This document shows positions 1 to 12,244 of a stretch of 64,000 nucleotides of DNA, one piece after another (position 1 is the stretch's first letter; each line of letters begins with the position of its first letter). The stretch is from Candidatus Obscuribacterales bacterium (GTDB taxonomy: Bacteria; Cyanobacteriota; Vampirovibrionia; Obscuribacterales; Obscuribacteraceae). Location: the NCBI GenBank assembly GCA_965228855.1, contig CBDDIJ010000005.1, positions 192,001 through 256,000 of the forward strand. Direction: 5' to 3'. The notes beneath the pieces were generated by a model, which saw nothing but the letters and a program-made list of their open reading frames with translations, did not search any database and was not told the origin of the DNA. Position numbers and translations under genes: made by a program.

Positions 1-1
1 T

Positions 2-586
2 CTCGATACGATAATTCGGCTCGGCAAACGTCGCTTCATTTTATGGGGTGCTCCCGTTCTCGTTCTCGGTGGACTGGGCAGCTTGTTCGTATTCCCGAAG
101 ATGTTTGATGGAGCATCAGACTTGCAATCACTTGCAACAATCTGCACCGTGCTCTTCGTTTTGGGCTACACCGCATATGGTGTCTTAGTTTACAAATCCA
201 AACTGCATCAGGGCATCATTGCGCTTTTCGTTTCCAGCCTTCTGGCGTGCGCAGCGCTAGTGCCAATCGGCATTCAGCAAACATACAGACTTGGTCCGGC
301 AGCCCTCGAGCAAGTCGTAAAAGCCGCAGCGAGCGACCGCAATGCGAGCATCGCGGTTATCGAACAAGAGAGCCCCAAAGCGGCGTTCTATGCACAGCGG
401 AAGGTGTTTGAAATCAACGGACCGCTGGACTTCCAGAAATTTTTAGAGACGACTTCCGGTCCTCATTATCTAATTCTCGATGACAAAAATTTCGCAGTCT
501 TGCAGCCGTTTTTTCCGACGCATTATCATTCAGTGAAGAAATGCGGGAAGTGGAATTTGATGACGTTGGACGAGTTGAGTAAGTAG
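2..586 (+). CDS. C-terminal part of a membrane glycosyltransferase (ArnT/GT39-like), 5'-truncated by the window
   Basis: The frame is open from base 2 (LDTIIRLGKRRFILWGAPVLVLGG...). Several TM helices are followed by a periplasmic tail with 'SPKAAFYAQRKV', typical of ArnT-family C-termini. Confidence 0.55.
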   Translation, partial: LDTIIRLGKRRFILWGAPVLVLGGLGSLFVFPKMFDGASDLQSLATICTVLFVLGYTAYGVLVYKSKLHQGIIALFVSSLLACAALVPIGIQQTYRLGPAALEQVVKAAASDRNASIAVIEQESPKAAFYAQRKVFEINGPLDFQKFLETTSGPHYLILDDKNFAVLQPFFPTHYHSVKKCGKWNLMTLDELSK

Positions 587-726
587 ATGGAACAAACTAC
601 GCGGTGGAAAGCATTTACGCCGATGCCGGCTCATTGAACCGGCTTTTGGGCGCTATCCTAGTACATCTATTTTCCCACCATCTCACCACTGCTGGTGTCA
701 GCTATTGAGCATGAAACCGCTATCTG

Positions 727-996
727 TCAAAATCGGCACGCTGGAAACCAAAGCGTTCCATCAGTCTCATCCACTCGTACTGCCGGAAGTGCTGGATTTC
801 TCTCTCGTGCTGCTAGATTGAACTGTTTCATGTTTTCCAAAGCTGGCCCAAGATCCTGCCGAGGCATGGTCAAAATGTACTCGGAGAGCAGTTCGCATTT
901 TCCATATTCATATGCGATTTCAAGCTTTGCTCCGTTTTGTATAGCCTTGATACTGTTTGCTTCTGGGGTGTTGCTGTCCATTTTCACTTCCTTCAA
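727..996 (-). CDS. hypothetical protein (89 aa)
   Basis: ORF whose C-terminal coding sequence is duplicated at 1591-1683 with a conserved translation, which supports coding status. Confidence 0.5.
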   Translation of the reverse strand: MKEVKMDSNTPEANSIKAIQNGAKLEIAYEYGKCELLSEYILTMPRQDLGPALENMKQFNLAARERNPALPAVRVDETDGTLWFPACRF

Positions 997-1085
997 TAGT
1001 TAATGCATCTTCCGGCGGTAATAGAATGCGCAAATTCGGTTTAGAACCAAGAACTTCTTGCCACTAGAAAACCCTTGTATTGGGC

Positions 1086-1460
1086 TTAGTCTACAAAAGA
1101 CACATCGCATTCTGCGCCCGGTTTTGGTGTTATTACCATTTGTCCCTTGGGGCTAACTTTCACATCTATGTGACAGCCGCTTCCACCGATAACTAAGCCT
1201 GTACCCTTTGGTACAGTAACCTCTAGATCTTGTCCCGGATTGTCTACTGCAACCTTGTCGCTTTTCTGTTCAGAGTCTAAAAACGAAAATTCGGAGGCAT
1301 TCACAAATCCAGGACTCATAGTCGGCTGTGCAGCAAAAGTTCTAAGCTCATCCAGGCTACAGGAGGTTAGGCTAAAGGTGGAATCGTTTTCCCTCCTTTC
1401 CGCAAAATCAGTTTTCGCATCCTTTGTATCAGGTAATAACATTGCATGTGACACATCCAT
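1086..1460 (-). CDS. hypothetical protein (124 aa)
   Basis: ORF with ATG start and a GGAGG RBS upstream; no recognisable family. Confidence 0.55.
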   Translation of the reverse strand: MDVSHAMLLPDTKDAKTDFAERRENDSTFSLTSCSLDELRTFAAQPTMSPGFVNASEFSFLDSEQKSDKVAVDNPGQDLEVTVPKGTGLVIGGSGCHIDVKVSPKGQMVITPKPGAECDVSFVD

Positions 1461-1590
1461 AAGTGAGCCTCCAGCGATAGAAGAGAATCGTGCAGAACTT
1501 AAGCAAGTTCAATTTAACTGTAATACAGAGCACATCAAATTCACGTCAAATGAGGCGAGGTCATTTTCATTTCTCATAAAACTGACCGTT

Positions 1591-1683
1591 CTGTCAAAAT
1601 CCGCACGCTGGAAACCAAAGCGTTCTATCAATCTCATCCACTCTCAATGCCAGAAGTGCTGGATTATTCTCCTGCTGCTAGAT
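1591..1683 (-). pseudogene. paralogous 3' fragment of the 727-996 gene
   Basis: About 93 bp similar to 724-818. Translates ...NNPALLALRVDEIDRTLWFPACGF* versus ...RNPALPAVRVDETDGTLWFPACRF*. Confidence 0.7.
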
Positions 1684-1792
1684 GTAGCGAGCATATCAAA
1701 TCATTCCTCCAATAACATTCCGCACGGAACAATCGGCCGGTATCACAGCACGCCTAAAGGTCTTCGAACGGACGGCGATTGCAGAGCAACGA

Positions 1793-2812
1793 TCATATAA
1801 CTCGAAAAATTTGGCGAAAGTGATATCGCAGAACGTCGATTGCCGAGCCAATGTAATCGCGAAGCTGGTACCGCAATTTTGCTCGCGCCCAATAAATGTG
1901 AGCACACTCACCGTGCGCATTGCCGTTTACTCCAGCGAGACAAAGGGCCAACCTATAATCATCGGCGGCACGATCCTTGTCACCGATAATCTCACATGCT
2001 TGCGCATGCGCTACTACATCAGGGACTGTAATCGCCATATCCTCGGATATTACAATCTTGCTCAGCCGTCGAGCCGCCTCCACGTTTCCCATGGATAACA
2101 GAACACGCGACTGGAGAGCGATCGCTGGAATGAAACCCGGCGTCAATCGCTCTGCATCTTGTGCATCACGCAGAGCCCCCTTACAATCGCGAAGGAGCAA
2201 ATAACGCAGTAAACCACGCTCGGTCAACGTGGCGGCATCTCGTTTAATTTCTATCGAGGTGGAGAAGTCTTCGTATGCAGCTTTGGACTGACCTATGCAG
2301 CCGCGGCTCCATGCACGAGCGCGGTAGTACAAGGCTTCCGTAGGGACAAACTTGATAGCGCCATCAAAATCCTTGATAGCGAGTTCGTGCAAGCGCTCAT
2401 TGCTGTATACGAGGCCACGGTAATAGAACGCATCAGCACGAGGTGACAACTCGATCGACTTCGATAAACACTTCATTGCCAATTTGTTCTCGCCAAGCCT
2501 CGCCCAAACGGCTCCAAGCTGGCTATAGGCCTCGGCGGAAGACGGATTGTACAAGATTCTTTCACTATAAGCATCGATGGTGTTGCGGGCTTTCTTTCGC
2601 TGCCGCAGCTTCTCAGACGCGAGAAAAGCTTTTAACCAGCGCGGGAAATCTGGATCTTTGATATTCACGACACCCACGTCATTTACGACGAAAGCCGAGA
2701 CTCTGCGTGAATTGCCCATCCGAAGTTGCAGGAACATCGTTAAACACACAGCCAAGACTCCGAACATCATCACAATGCTCATCTGGACATTTGGACGTTC
2801 AAAGATGGACAT
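1793..2812 (-). CDS. membrane-anchored TPR-repeat protein
   Basis: N-terminal hydrophobic helix and repeated TPR motifs (AEAYSQLG, ADAFYYRG, ALYYRARA). Confidence 0.85.
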   Translation of the reverse strand: MSIFERPNVQMSIVMMFGVLAVCLTMFLQLRMGNSRRVSAFVVNDVGVVNIKDPDFPRWLKAFLASEKLRQRKKARNTIDAYSERILYNPSSAEAYSQLGAVWARLGENKLAMKCLSKSIELSPRADAFYYRGLVYSNERLHELAIKDFDGAIKFVPTEALYYRARAWSRGCIGQSKAAYEDFSTSIEIKRDAATLTERGLLRYLLLRDCKGALRDAQDAERLTPGFIPAIALQSRVLLSMGNVEAARRLSKIVISEDMAITVPDVVAHAQACEIIGDKDRAADDYRLALCLAGVNGNAHGECAHIYWARAKLRYQLRDYIGSAIDVLRYHFRQIFRVI

Positions 2813-2815
2813 TTA

Positions 2816-4660
2816 TCAATGTTTGCCTCTCTCTACACGAAGACCTTGCTCATAGTCAGCTAGCGCGCCAAAGAAATCAGCAGTTTGAAAGCGCAAGAGT
2901 GCTCGAGCGTTGTAAGCGTTTCGAATCGACTCTTTGCCGTAATGAACAGGATTCGACTCCAGACATTTTGACAGAGACTCAATTGCACCTAACTTATCAC
3001 CCAAGTCTTTTTGAACTTGAAATCGTATGTAATAGTCAGATGGATTCTTTGGTGTTATCTTGACCGCTGCGACTTTGTCAGCATGAGACTTTTCCTCAAG
3101 CCCAAGCTTACTGAAGACCTCGGAGCGCATGCTAAGGGCAAGCAGAAACGAAGGATCTAATTTGATCGCACTCGATAAGTCTTCCAATCCCCAATCTGAA
3201 GTGTGCGACATATACTTAGACCACCCGCGGTTCATATAATGAATCGCGCCTGATGGCTCTAGTTTTATAGCCCTGTCGTAATCGGCAATGGCGTTCGCAT
3301 AAAACGTAGTTGAATCTGAGCACCCTGCAAACCAACAATCATGGCCGCGCTTCTCATAACACCAGGCTCGATACCCATAAATCTCTGTGAGTTCCGGCGA
3401 GTACAGAAGAGCGCCATTAAACCACCTGATCGCGTTAGCATAATCCTTTCGGTTCATAGCAAGATGCGCTCTGCACATGTGCAAAATACCGCTGTTGAAA
3501 TGCCGTATAGATGCTTCCCCGCATAGACGTTCGGCTTCTACGTAATCACCAGCGTTGTAATTCACCCACGCCAGGTAGGCATAGCTAATCGAAGAATCCG
3601 GGTCGATTTCAATCGCTTTGTTGAAGTCAGCAATAGCGGATTGGCTATCTCCTTGGCAGTAGAAGACGTATCCACGCCGAGCCCAGAACTCAGCCGTGGA
3701 ATTGTGCTCTTCTATCAGGCTCGAATATTCAAGCTGCGCGTTGGGATAGTCGCGCATTCCCTCGAAACATCTTGCCTTTCCTAGCCGAGCAGCAAACAAA
3801 TTCGGATTGAGTTTGAGAGCCATTTGATACTCATCGAGTTCCGAGTGATGGCATTTTTCCAATTTCTCTAGCCCATAGGAGTGAAGAACCTCTGCAATCG
3901 CATAATGCGCCAGAGCAAATCTTGGACACCTGATCAAAGCCGCCTTGTAAGCGGCAATAGCAGCTCCAAAGTTTTTAAGCCGAAACTGATTGGAGCCCTC
4001 CTCATATAGCAGAATTGCATCTTTGCTTATTTCTTCACCAAGCCCACGACAGGCGTCGTCAACGAATTTCTTTAGAGTCGCTATTTCATCCTCCGAAAGC
4101 TTGATACGCATGCACGCCGAGGGTGCACCCTCTTTCAGAACTTCGCAGCGATCAATTACTCGGCCGGAACGACCATTCGCAATGGTTAGACGCAGTCGGA
4201 ATTTTTTGTTTCCACAATTTGATTGGTAAGCCACAAGGGCTCCTTCAAACTCAACAATCTCTGGCGCATTGGGATCAGCACCAGCCCAGTCAACATAATC
4301 CCGGCTTCGAAGAACTAAACTTCGAGTTACGTTGTTTGGTTGCGCTGACGACCAGAATATTTTCGCAAACGCTGCTTGCGCCTCCGGTGACATTTTCGCC
4401 CGAGCGAGTTCACGACTTGAGGAGCGCGATTCGATCCAGAAGTCGAACGCCTCATCAAGCCAACCTTCGACAAATTTTTTGGTTTCGTCTAACCGATCTT
4501 GTCGGGCCTTGGTTTCCAATCCGAATTGGACGCGACGATCATGATCCATTTTTTTGAATGAATAACCAACCGTCGACAGCAGAACGATAGTCACTGTGAT
4601 AACAGCAGCGACGGGTCTCACCCTCGGGAAACTAGCTCCTAGCACCAACCCATACATCAA
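2816..4660 (-). CDS. TPR-repeat protein with N-terminal TM helix and an extra alpha/beta domain
   Basis: Many TPRs (AIADFNKAIEIDP, AIADYDRAIKLEP); ATGA overlap with the upstream gene. Confidence 0.85.
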   Translation of the reverse strand: MMYGLVLGASFPRVRPVAAVITVTIVLLSTVGYSFKKMDHDRRVQFGLETKARQDRLDETKKFVEGWLDEAFDFWIESRSSSRELARAKMSPEAQAAFAKIFWSSAQPNNVTRSLVLRSRDYVDWAGADPNAPEIVEFEGALVAYQSNCGNKKFRLRLTIANGRSGRVIDRCEVLKEGAPSACMRIKLSEDEIATLKKFVDDACRGLGEEISKDAILLYEEGSNQFRLKNFGAAIAAYKAALIRCPRFALAHYAIAEVLHSYGLEKLEKCHHSELDEYQMALKLNPNLFAARLGKARCFEGMRDYPNAQLEYSSLIEEHNSTAEFWARRGYVFYCQGDSQSAIADFNKAIEIDPDSSISYAYLAWVNYNAGDYVEAERLCGEASIRHFNSGILHMCRAHLAMNRKDYANAIRWFNGALLYSPELTEIYGYRAWCYEKRGHDCWFAGCSDSTTFYANAIADYDRAIKLEPSGAIHYMNRGWSKYMSHTSDWGLEDLSSAIKLDPSFLLALSMRSEVFSKLGLEEKSHADKVAAVKITPKNPSDYYIRFQVQKDLGDKLGAIESLSKCLESNPVHYGKESIRNAYNARALLRFQTADFFGALADYEQGLRVERGKH

Positions 4661-6447
4661 TTTATGCGCCTCGCAACACAGCGGATCAAATCTTGCGCAC
4701 TCCCAATAAAGTCACATGTAGCAAATCGAGTTCGTCCGCGATCATCGTACATCGAACACATCAAAGACGAATCATTTGTCTCTATTCGTTGCATCCATCC
4801 GATCGCCGAGGTGTAATCCCTCAGTGCACCAGCGAAATCCTTAAGGTTTGCCTTTGCCCGCGCCCTGAGCTGGAGATCCTGCGGACAGATACAATCCAGT
4901 TTCGAAAGTCTTTCATTAATACGTTGCGATTCCGACAAGCGACCCAAGTCATAGAGGACATCGGACCGGATGCTAAGTGCCACAGGATAACTCGGATCAA
5001 ATAGTAGAGCCCGGTCCAAGCAATTCAGAGCACCTGTGAGATCATGCTTTTCGTAATATCTGATAGAAGCACACTCGGCCAACGAAAAAACATTTGCCCG
5101 TCGAAAATTTCCGATCTCGAAGTTGAAAATAGCCTCATCATAATTTCCGATTGCCAAGTATGCTCGCGCAAGCTCGAAAGAAACTTCATTGCAATCGTTT
5201 AACCGAAAAACTTTTCCGGCTGAAAGATTTACGATCGCATCTTCGTACTGCCGACGTTCGCGATAAATCTGTCCGAGGTAAAAATAGGCATATTCATTTG
5301 GATGCACAGCCAATGATTTCTGCAAGAGAGAAATTGCTCTGTCATCGTGTCCTTGCTTCCATCGAATCCGGCCAAGCTCAGCGTACGCTCTCGGGAAGCT
5401 TGGATTGAAAACAATACATTGACTTAAGTCACTGATAGCGCCCTGAGTATCGTTCAGCTGATACCGAGCAACTCCACGTTTGGTCAGAAATTCAGCATCA
5501 TTAGGACGCTTAGTCAGCGCGATATTACAATCTCTAACCGCTTCGGAATACCGCCCTAGCTCAAAATTACACTCATAGCGAAAGCGTAGCGCACACTCAG
5601 CGTCGTCAGAACAAAGTTGGATAGCTTTCGAGAAGGCGCAGCAAGCCTCGCTGTAAAAGCGCTGCGAGAGATGCGGACGCTCTTTTGCCATTTGATGGAA
5701 CACAAAACCTTTGAACTCGTATGCTCGAGCGAAGCCGGGCGACAATCGACAAGCTTGGTCTAAGTTGAATAGAGCATCAGCATCTTCGCTTTTTACGAAG
5801 TGACTCTGGGCTTCCTCAAAGAATAAAATTGACTGAGCCTCTACAGTTCGCGTTCCAATTTTGCACGCCTTCTTCACAAATTCAGCGAGACCCAATGATC
5901 CCGTATCGATTTGAACAGATTCGATTGTCCTTTTGCCCGCATGATTCCGTACACGAGTCAGTAATTCAATGCTCAAGCCGCCGCATGAATCGTACTTGTA
6001 TATAGACCCTCGAGTTTTCACAGACATTAATCCGGAACCATCATCACTCACTACTTCGGAAGAATCTGAGTTGAATTCAAAGGCCCTCGCGACTCCCTTG
6101 TCCATCTTCGAGGTCCAAAGAACTTTGGACAGCTCATCAGCCGCATCAGCCGACATCATGGCGCTCGCGAATCTATGGCTCAGCTCTGAAGAGTCGGACC
6201 AGAAGTCGAATGCTAGTCCCAACCAATCCTCAGTAAACGCTTTGGTCTGAGTTCGCTCCTTCGTGTCGGGGAGTCCTTCATGTACAAAATAGAACGAACT
6301 TGAGTTCGATTTAGAGGCAGCACTCACGGCTTGCTGGACTCGCATATCGAGAAGGAGACCAGGTCCAAAACCGGCACACAGCAAAGCCAGTGATGAAAAC
6401 ACAGCAAAGCAAAAGCATTGCACCAAAGTTAGACGGACCAGTCTCAT
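4657..6447 (-). CDS. TPR-repeat protein, paralogue of 2816-4660
   Basis: TPRs, plus an N-terminal motif F.E.WL..AFDFW shared with the downstream gene. Confidence 0.85.
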   Translation of the reverse strand: MRLVRLTLVQCFCFAVFSSLALLCAGFGPGLLLDMRVQQAVSAASKSNSSSFYFVHEGLPDTKERTQTKAFTEDWLGLAFDFWSDSSELSHRFASAMMSADAADELSKVLWTSKMDKGVARAFEFNSDSSEVVSDDGSGLMSVKTRGSIYKYDSCGGLSIELLTRVRNHAGKRTIESVQIDTGSLGLAEFVKKACKIGTRTVEAQSILFFEEAQSHFVKSEDADALFNLDQACRLSPGFARAYEFKGFVFHQMAKERPHLSQRFYSEACCAFSKAIQLCSDDAECALRFRYECNFELGRYSEAVRDCNIALTKRPNDAEFLTKRGVARYQLNDTQGAISDLSQCIVFNPSFPRAYAELGRIRWKQGHDDRAISLLQKSLAVHPNEYAYFYLGQIYRERRQYEDAIVNLSAGKVFRLNDCNEVSFELARAYLAIGNYDEAIFNFEIGNFRRANVFSLAECASIRYYEKHDLTGALNCLDRALLFDPSYPVALSIRSDVLYDLGRLSESQRINERLSKLDCICPQDLQLRARAKANLKDFAGALRDYTSAIGWMQRIETNDSSLMCSMYDDRGRTRFATCDFIGSAQDLIRCVARRIN

Positions 6448-6622
6448 CGTCAGAACCGCACCCGCAAGAGAGTTTCAATCTAATATGCAATGAAATCTCC
6501 CACCTGGACAAGGGTGATTACACGAAGCAGAGCGACATCACCCGGGTGATCTTATGACCCGAGCTAAAGCGAACAACGAAGTTTGCGCATATCGCCGCTC
6601 ATCCGCAAGCTAACGGAAACGA

Positions 6623-6651
6623 AAGGCGACGAACACCTAGCTCGCCGCCTT
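6623..6651 (-). terminator. probable intrinsic terminator of katG
   Basis: Minus-strand hairpin AAGGCGGCGA...TCGTCGCCTT followed by TCGTTT, about 40 bp after the katG stop. Confidence 0.5.
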
Positions 6652-6688
6652 CCAATGTATTGTCTAACACCACTGGTGGTGGTGGCGT

Positions 6689-8977
<2,289 letters not shown>

Positions 8978-9225
8978 CTAAGCAACTTGGACCGACGTCC
9001 AAGCTCTTTTCAAGCACGGCGAGGCTTTCAAACGGATATCCTATCCCTGCCCAGGCTAGCTGTCCACAGTCTCAAGACTGAAGATTGTGGCAAAGTGCTG
9101 TAGCCGATGATAGACAAGGCGTTGGGGAATTTGTCGGACACGAACAGGCGAACCGTTAGAATTGATACCATTTTAGACTAACTCTAATCCGGTTAAACTG
9201 TCAAGCCTTCCACCCAAGCAGCGAT

Positions 9226-9699
9226 CTACCTGGTCAGCCTCTTAGGGCGCTGTTTCGGCGCAGTGCCAACGTCATACTTTGCCATCCCCGCGGTCCACAA
9301 GTACTTGGCGAGGTCCATGCAGCCCTCTTCGTTAAACTCAATTCCCTCTGCTTCAAGTAGTTGCCGCTGCAGGTCGGCGGGCACACCAACTTTATGCGTG
9401 CTGGTTCCGCCTTGAGCGTTGACGACGCGCTGCCACGGCACGGAGTCCATGTCGGGCGAAGTGCTTTTGCCGGCAGCAACCTTAGACTTCGATTGCGCTA
9501 GGTTTTTACTTGAAGCCTTGCCAGTTTTGCCAGAAAGCTTCGCAGACTTTTTCTTGCTGCCGAGCGCCTTTAAAGCCCAGCCGACCCCCTGAGCACTCAT
9601 GCGACCACCAATCATCGCCGAGATGGCGCCGTAAGTTAAAACGCGCCCTTTCGGAATGCTCCGCACTATCTTATAGATCTCGTCGTAAACTCCTGGCAT
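9226..9699 (-). CDS. alkyltransferase-like (ATL/YbaZ, MGMT family) protein
   Basis: IPKGRVLTYGAI and PWQRVVN (Trp in place of the catalytic Cys of PCHRV); QRQLLEAEGI. Confidence 0.9.
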   Translation of the reverse strand: MPGVYDEIYKIVRSIPKGRVLTYGAISAMIGGRMSAQGVGWALKALGSKKKSAKLSGKTGKASSKNLAQSKSKVAAGKSTSPDMDSVPWQRVVNAQGGTSTHKVGVPADLQRQLLEAEGIEFNEEGCMDLAKYLWTAGMAKYDVGTAPKQRPKRLTR

Positions 9700-9775
9700 T
9701 TCTAATTCTCAGATCACGTTCCGTCGATTCAAATACGGTATGCCCACTTACCCGAGCAAAACCGTCAACCGCAGA

Positions 9776-10531
9776 TCAGGCGATTACAATAGAGGCACCA
9801 TTCTTGCGAAATGCATCGTGATGTTTTTTCTCAATCGAGTCGTCGGTGATTATCATTCCTAGTTCAGAAATCGGTGCCACCTTATATGGTGACACGCGGT
9901 TAAACTTCTGCCCTTCGGCCAGGACGAACGACTCCGCAGACTGCTCTATCATAGCTCGCTTTACCAGCGAATCATCATAGTTTGAAACAGTTCCGCCATA
10001 CTTTAGATCTAAACACTCGATACTGATTAAACACAGATCAGCCTGAATGTTGGAGAGCTCCTTGAGTGTCTCGGGACTAAAGGTCAATAACAACTCGGGA
10101 ACCACATTGCCGCCCAAGAAGCGCACCTTGAGCCGCGGAAGCTCAGACAATCGCATGGCGGTCGGAAGACAATTTGTGATGAATGTCGCAGACAATTCCG
10201 GTTTCAAATGCGCCGCGACCTGAGCTGTTGTGGTGCCACCATCTATAAATATGACTTGTTTGTCCTTGACGAACGACGCTGCCCTTTTCGCAATTGTGTC
10301 TTTCAGGGCCGGAGACTCTTTCTCGCGTTTGGAAAATTGAAAAGTCACCTTGCCGACCGGCAGAGCACCGCCGTGAACGCGCTTGAGCAAGCCAGCCTCA
10401 TCGAGGTCCTTCAGGTCGCGGCGAATGGTGTCCTCCGAGACTTTGAAGTCAGTGACCAGCTCTTGCAAGAGTACGCGACCGTTCTTGCTCAAAGCCTCCA
10501 ATATTCGGTTTTTTCGTTCGTCGTTAAGCAT
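9776..10531 (-). CDS. DeoR/GlpR-family transcriptional regulator
   Basis: HTH VSEDTIRRDLKDL...LKRVHGGA and sensor-domain motif IFIDGGTTT. Confidence 0.95.
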   Translation of the reverse strand: MLNDERKNRILEALSKNGRVLLQELVTDFKVSEDTIRRDLKDLDEAGLLKRVHGGALPVGKVTFQFSKREKESPALKDTIAKRAASFVKDKQVIFIDGGTTTAQVAAHLKPELSATFITNCLPTAMRLSELPRLKVRFLGGNVVPELLLTFSPETLKELSNIQADLCLISIECLDLKYGGTVSNYDDSLVKRAMIEQSAESFVLAEGQKFNRVSPYKVAPISELGMIITDDSIEKKHHDAFRKNGASIVIA

Positions 10532-10544
10532 TAAATAGAGGGGG

Positions 10545-10599
10545 TTGTCAAATGCAGGTTTACGCTGGTATTATCTTGAACATGCAGGTTTGCGCCAGT
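10545..10599. promoter_or_regulatory. putative sigma70 promoter with two direct-repeat operator boxes between the divergent DeoR and HAD genes
   Basis: TTGTCA (10545) - 18 bp - TATTAT (10569). ATGCAGGTTTnCGC occurs at 10552 and 10582 (30-bp period). Confidence 0.5.
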
Positions 10600-10624
10600 T
10601 TATGCAACAATTATAGGTGATCCA

Positions 10625-11503
10625 ATGAGTCAAGTCCAAGCCCCCATTTTCGAGAAGACAGCAAGACAAGCGTTGCAGACAAAACCAGCAAAACCCGGCA
10701 AACAATATAAACTGGCAGCCATCGACCTCGATGGCACCCTGCTTAACCACGAGCGCGGCATCAGCTCAGAAAACCGCGCAGCAGTCGAAAGACTTCGAGC
10801 AAACAATATAAATGTGGTGCTCGCGTCCGGAAGAAGACACGATGATATTCTGCGATTTCATCAGGAACTCGGCTTGGAGAGCCCAATCGTGTCATGTCAC
10901 GGCGCCCTCGTAAAAGAACCGACCACCGGCGAAGTTATAAGCAATCGCTCCATTCCAAAAGAGATGGTCGAAAATCTGATCGAACTCGCACTCGAAAATC
11001 AATTTTCCTGGATCGTTTACGACAACGGCGGCGTGCATTTGTCAAAGTCTGAATACTGGCTTGCAGAGTACGTTCGCAGATCCGCCTTTGGACTTCCAAA
11101 CGTCTACGATTCGCACACGGATTACGCGTTCACCCATGCAGAAAAAGTGAATTGGATGGGCGACATCGAATCTATTCGCGAGCAGTTTCACCACATGACG
11201 AAAACTTTTGCAGGTAAACTCACCAGCGTCATCACAGATCCCGACCACCTGGAATTCACTCTCCATGGGGCGGACAAATCGACCGGCTTGATGGATTTGA
11301 CGGCGCGGATGGGAATCGAGAGCGAAGAAGTCATCACATTTGGTGACAGCAATAATGATGTACCGATGCTGGCATGGGCCGGTTTGGGCGTCGCAATGCA
11401 TCATGGAACCACCGAAGCGCGCAGTGCAGCGAAGATGGTTTCACCGGCAGGAGACGAGGCGTCAAGCCTTGCCCGCGCGGTCGATGCAATTTTCGATAGC
11501 TAA
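10625..11503 (+). CDS. Cof-type HAD-IIB sugar phosphatase
   Basis: DLDGTLL, VVLASGR, ADKSTGL, TFGDSNNDVPML motifs. Confidence 0.95.
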   Translation: MSQVQAPIFEKTARQALQTKPAKPGKQYKLAAIDLDGTLLNHERGISSENRAAVERLRANNINVVLASGRRHDDILRFHQELGLESPIVSCHGALVKEPTTGEVISNRSIPKEMVENLIELALENQFSWIVYDNGGVHLSKSEYWLAEYVRRSAFGLPNVYDSHTDYAFTHAEKVNWMGDIESIREQFHHMTKTFAGKLTSVITDPDHLEFTLHGADKSTGLMDLTARMGIESEEVITFGDSNNDVPMLAWAGLGVAMHHGTTEARSAAKMVSPAGDEASSLARAVDAIFDS

Positions 11504-11581
11504 ACAAATAGGAAGCGCTGGCGGGTACCAAAATTTAGGGAGCCCACGTTTTTAATCACATCCAAGAACTGTTACGCTCTG

Positions 11582-11821
11582 TCAATGCGACGGCCAAAAC
11601 AATTCCATCCTGATTGATGAGATTGCAAAAACCTGCTTTGCTGTTATTTCCATAGAAAGAACAGCAAAGAGCTCTGTGCCCAACTCGACTTGTTCTAAAT
11701 CGGGCAATCCACTACGTCCAAGTTCTTGAACTGTTGAAACTTCGATTCCCTTCTGCCTGAGTCCGGCAGCAACCGCAGCAGGAACGTGCTCATCAAGCAG
11801 AAAACGAATCTGCTCAGGCAC
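11582..11821 (-). pseudogene. DUF5615/PIN-like (VapC45-type) toxin, probably C-terminally truncated
   Basis: Starts RFLLDEHVPAAVAAGLRQKGIEV...GLPD, then lacks the usual T-x-D-x-D-F motif; overlaps the DUF433 gene. Confidence 0.65.
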
Positions 11822-12107
11822 TTCGTTTGCCCGGCAGCTTTGATGGATACTCCTTCATCAGCTCCTTCGCAAGCGCGTCGTTTTCAGCAAAGTCAGCTTC
11901 AATTTCTTGCCTATTGTCCAAGTAGTAGGTAAGAGCGGCATAGACATCCGCCAAGGTTATTCCAGGAAACATAGCAATGATTTCTTCAGCCGAGTAGTTT
12001 CGCATCTCATGCCAAACAACTATGTCCATAACACGGACACGATGGCCCTTGATGCAAGCTTTGCCTCCGCAGACTCCTGGCGTCTTTATGATGTGCGTTA
12101 GGTCCAT
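11814..12107 (-). CDS. DUF433 antitoxin-like protein
   Basis: IIKTPGVCGGKACIKGHRVRV...ITLADVYAALTYYLDNRQEI. Confidence 0.92.
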   Translation of the reverse strand: MDLTHIIKTPGVCGGKACIKGHRVRVMDIVVWHEMRNYSAEEIIAMFPGITLADVYAALTYYLDNRQEIEADFAENDALAKELMKEYPSKLPGKRSA

Positions 12108-12244
12108 TTGTTTTTTCTACCAACCCTGATTCCGCTGTAAGGGTGTCGAGTCCAAGTATATCACGCACCCGAGAACATCTCGTGCAGCTCAATCGGACAG
12201 GAGACATTTCAATTCTAACTGGCATAGTCGATGCGATCTTATAC

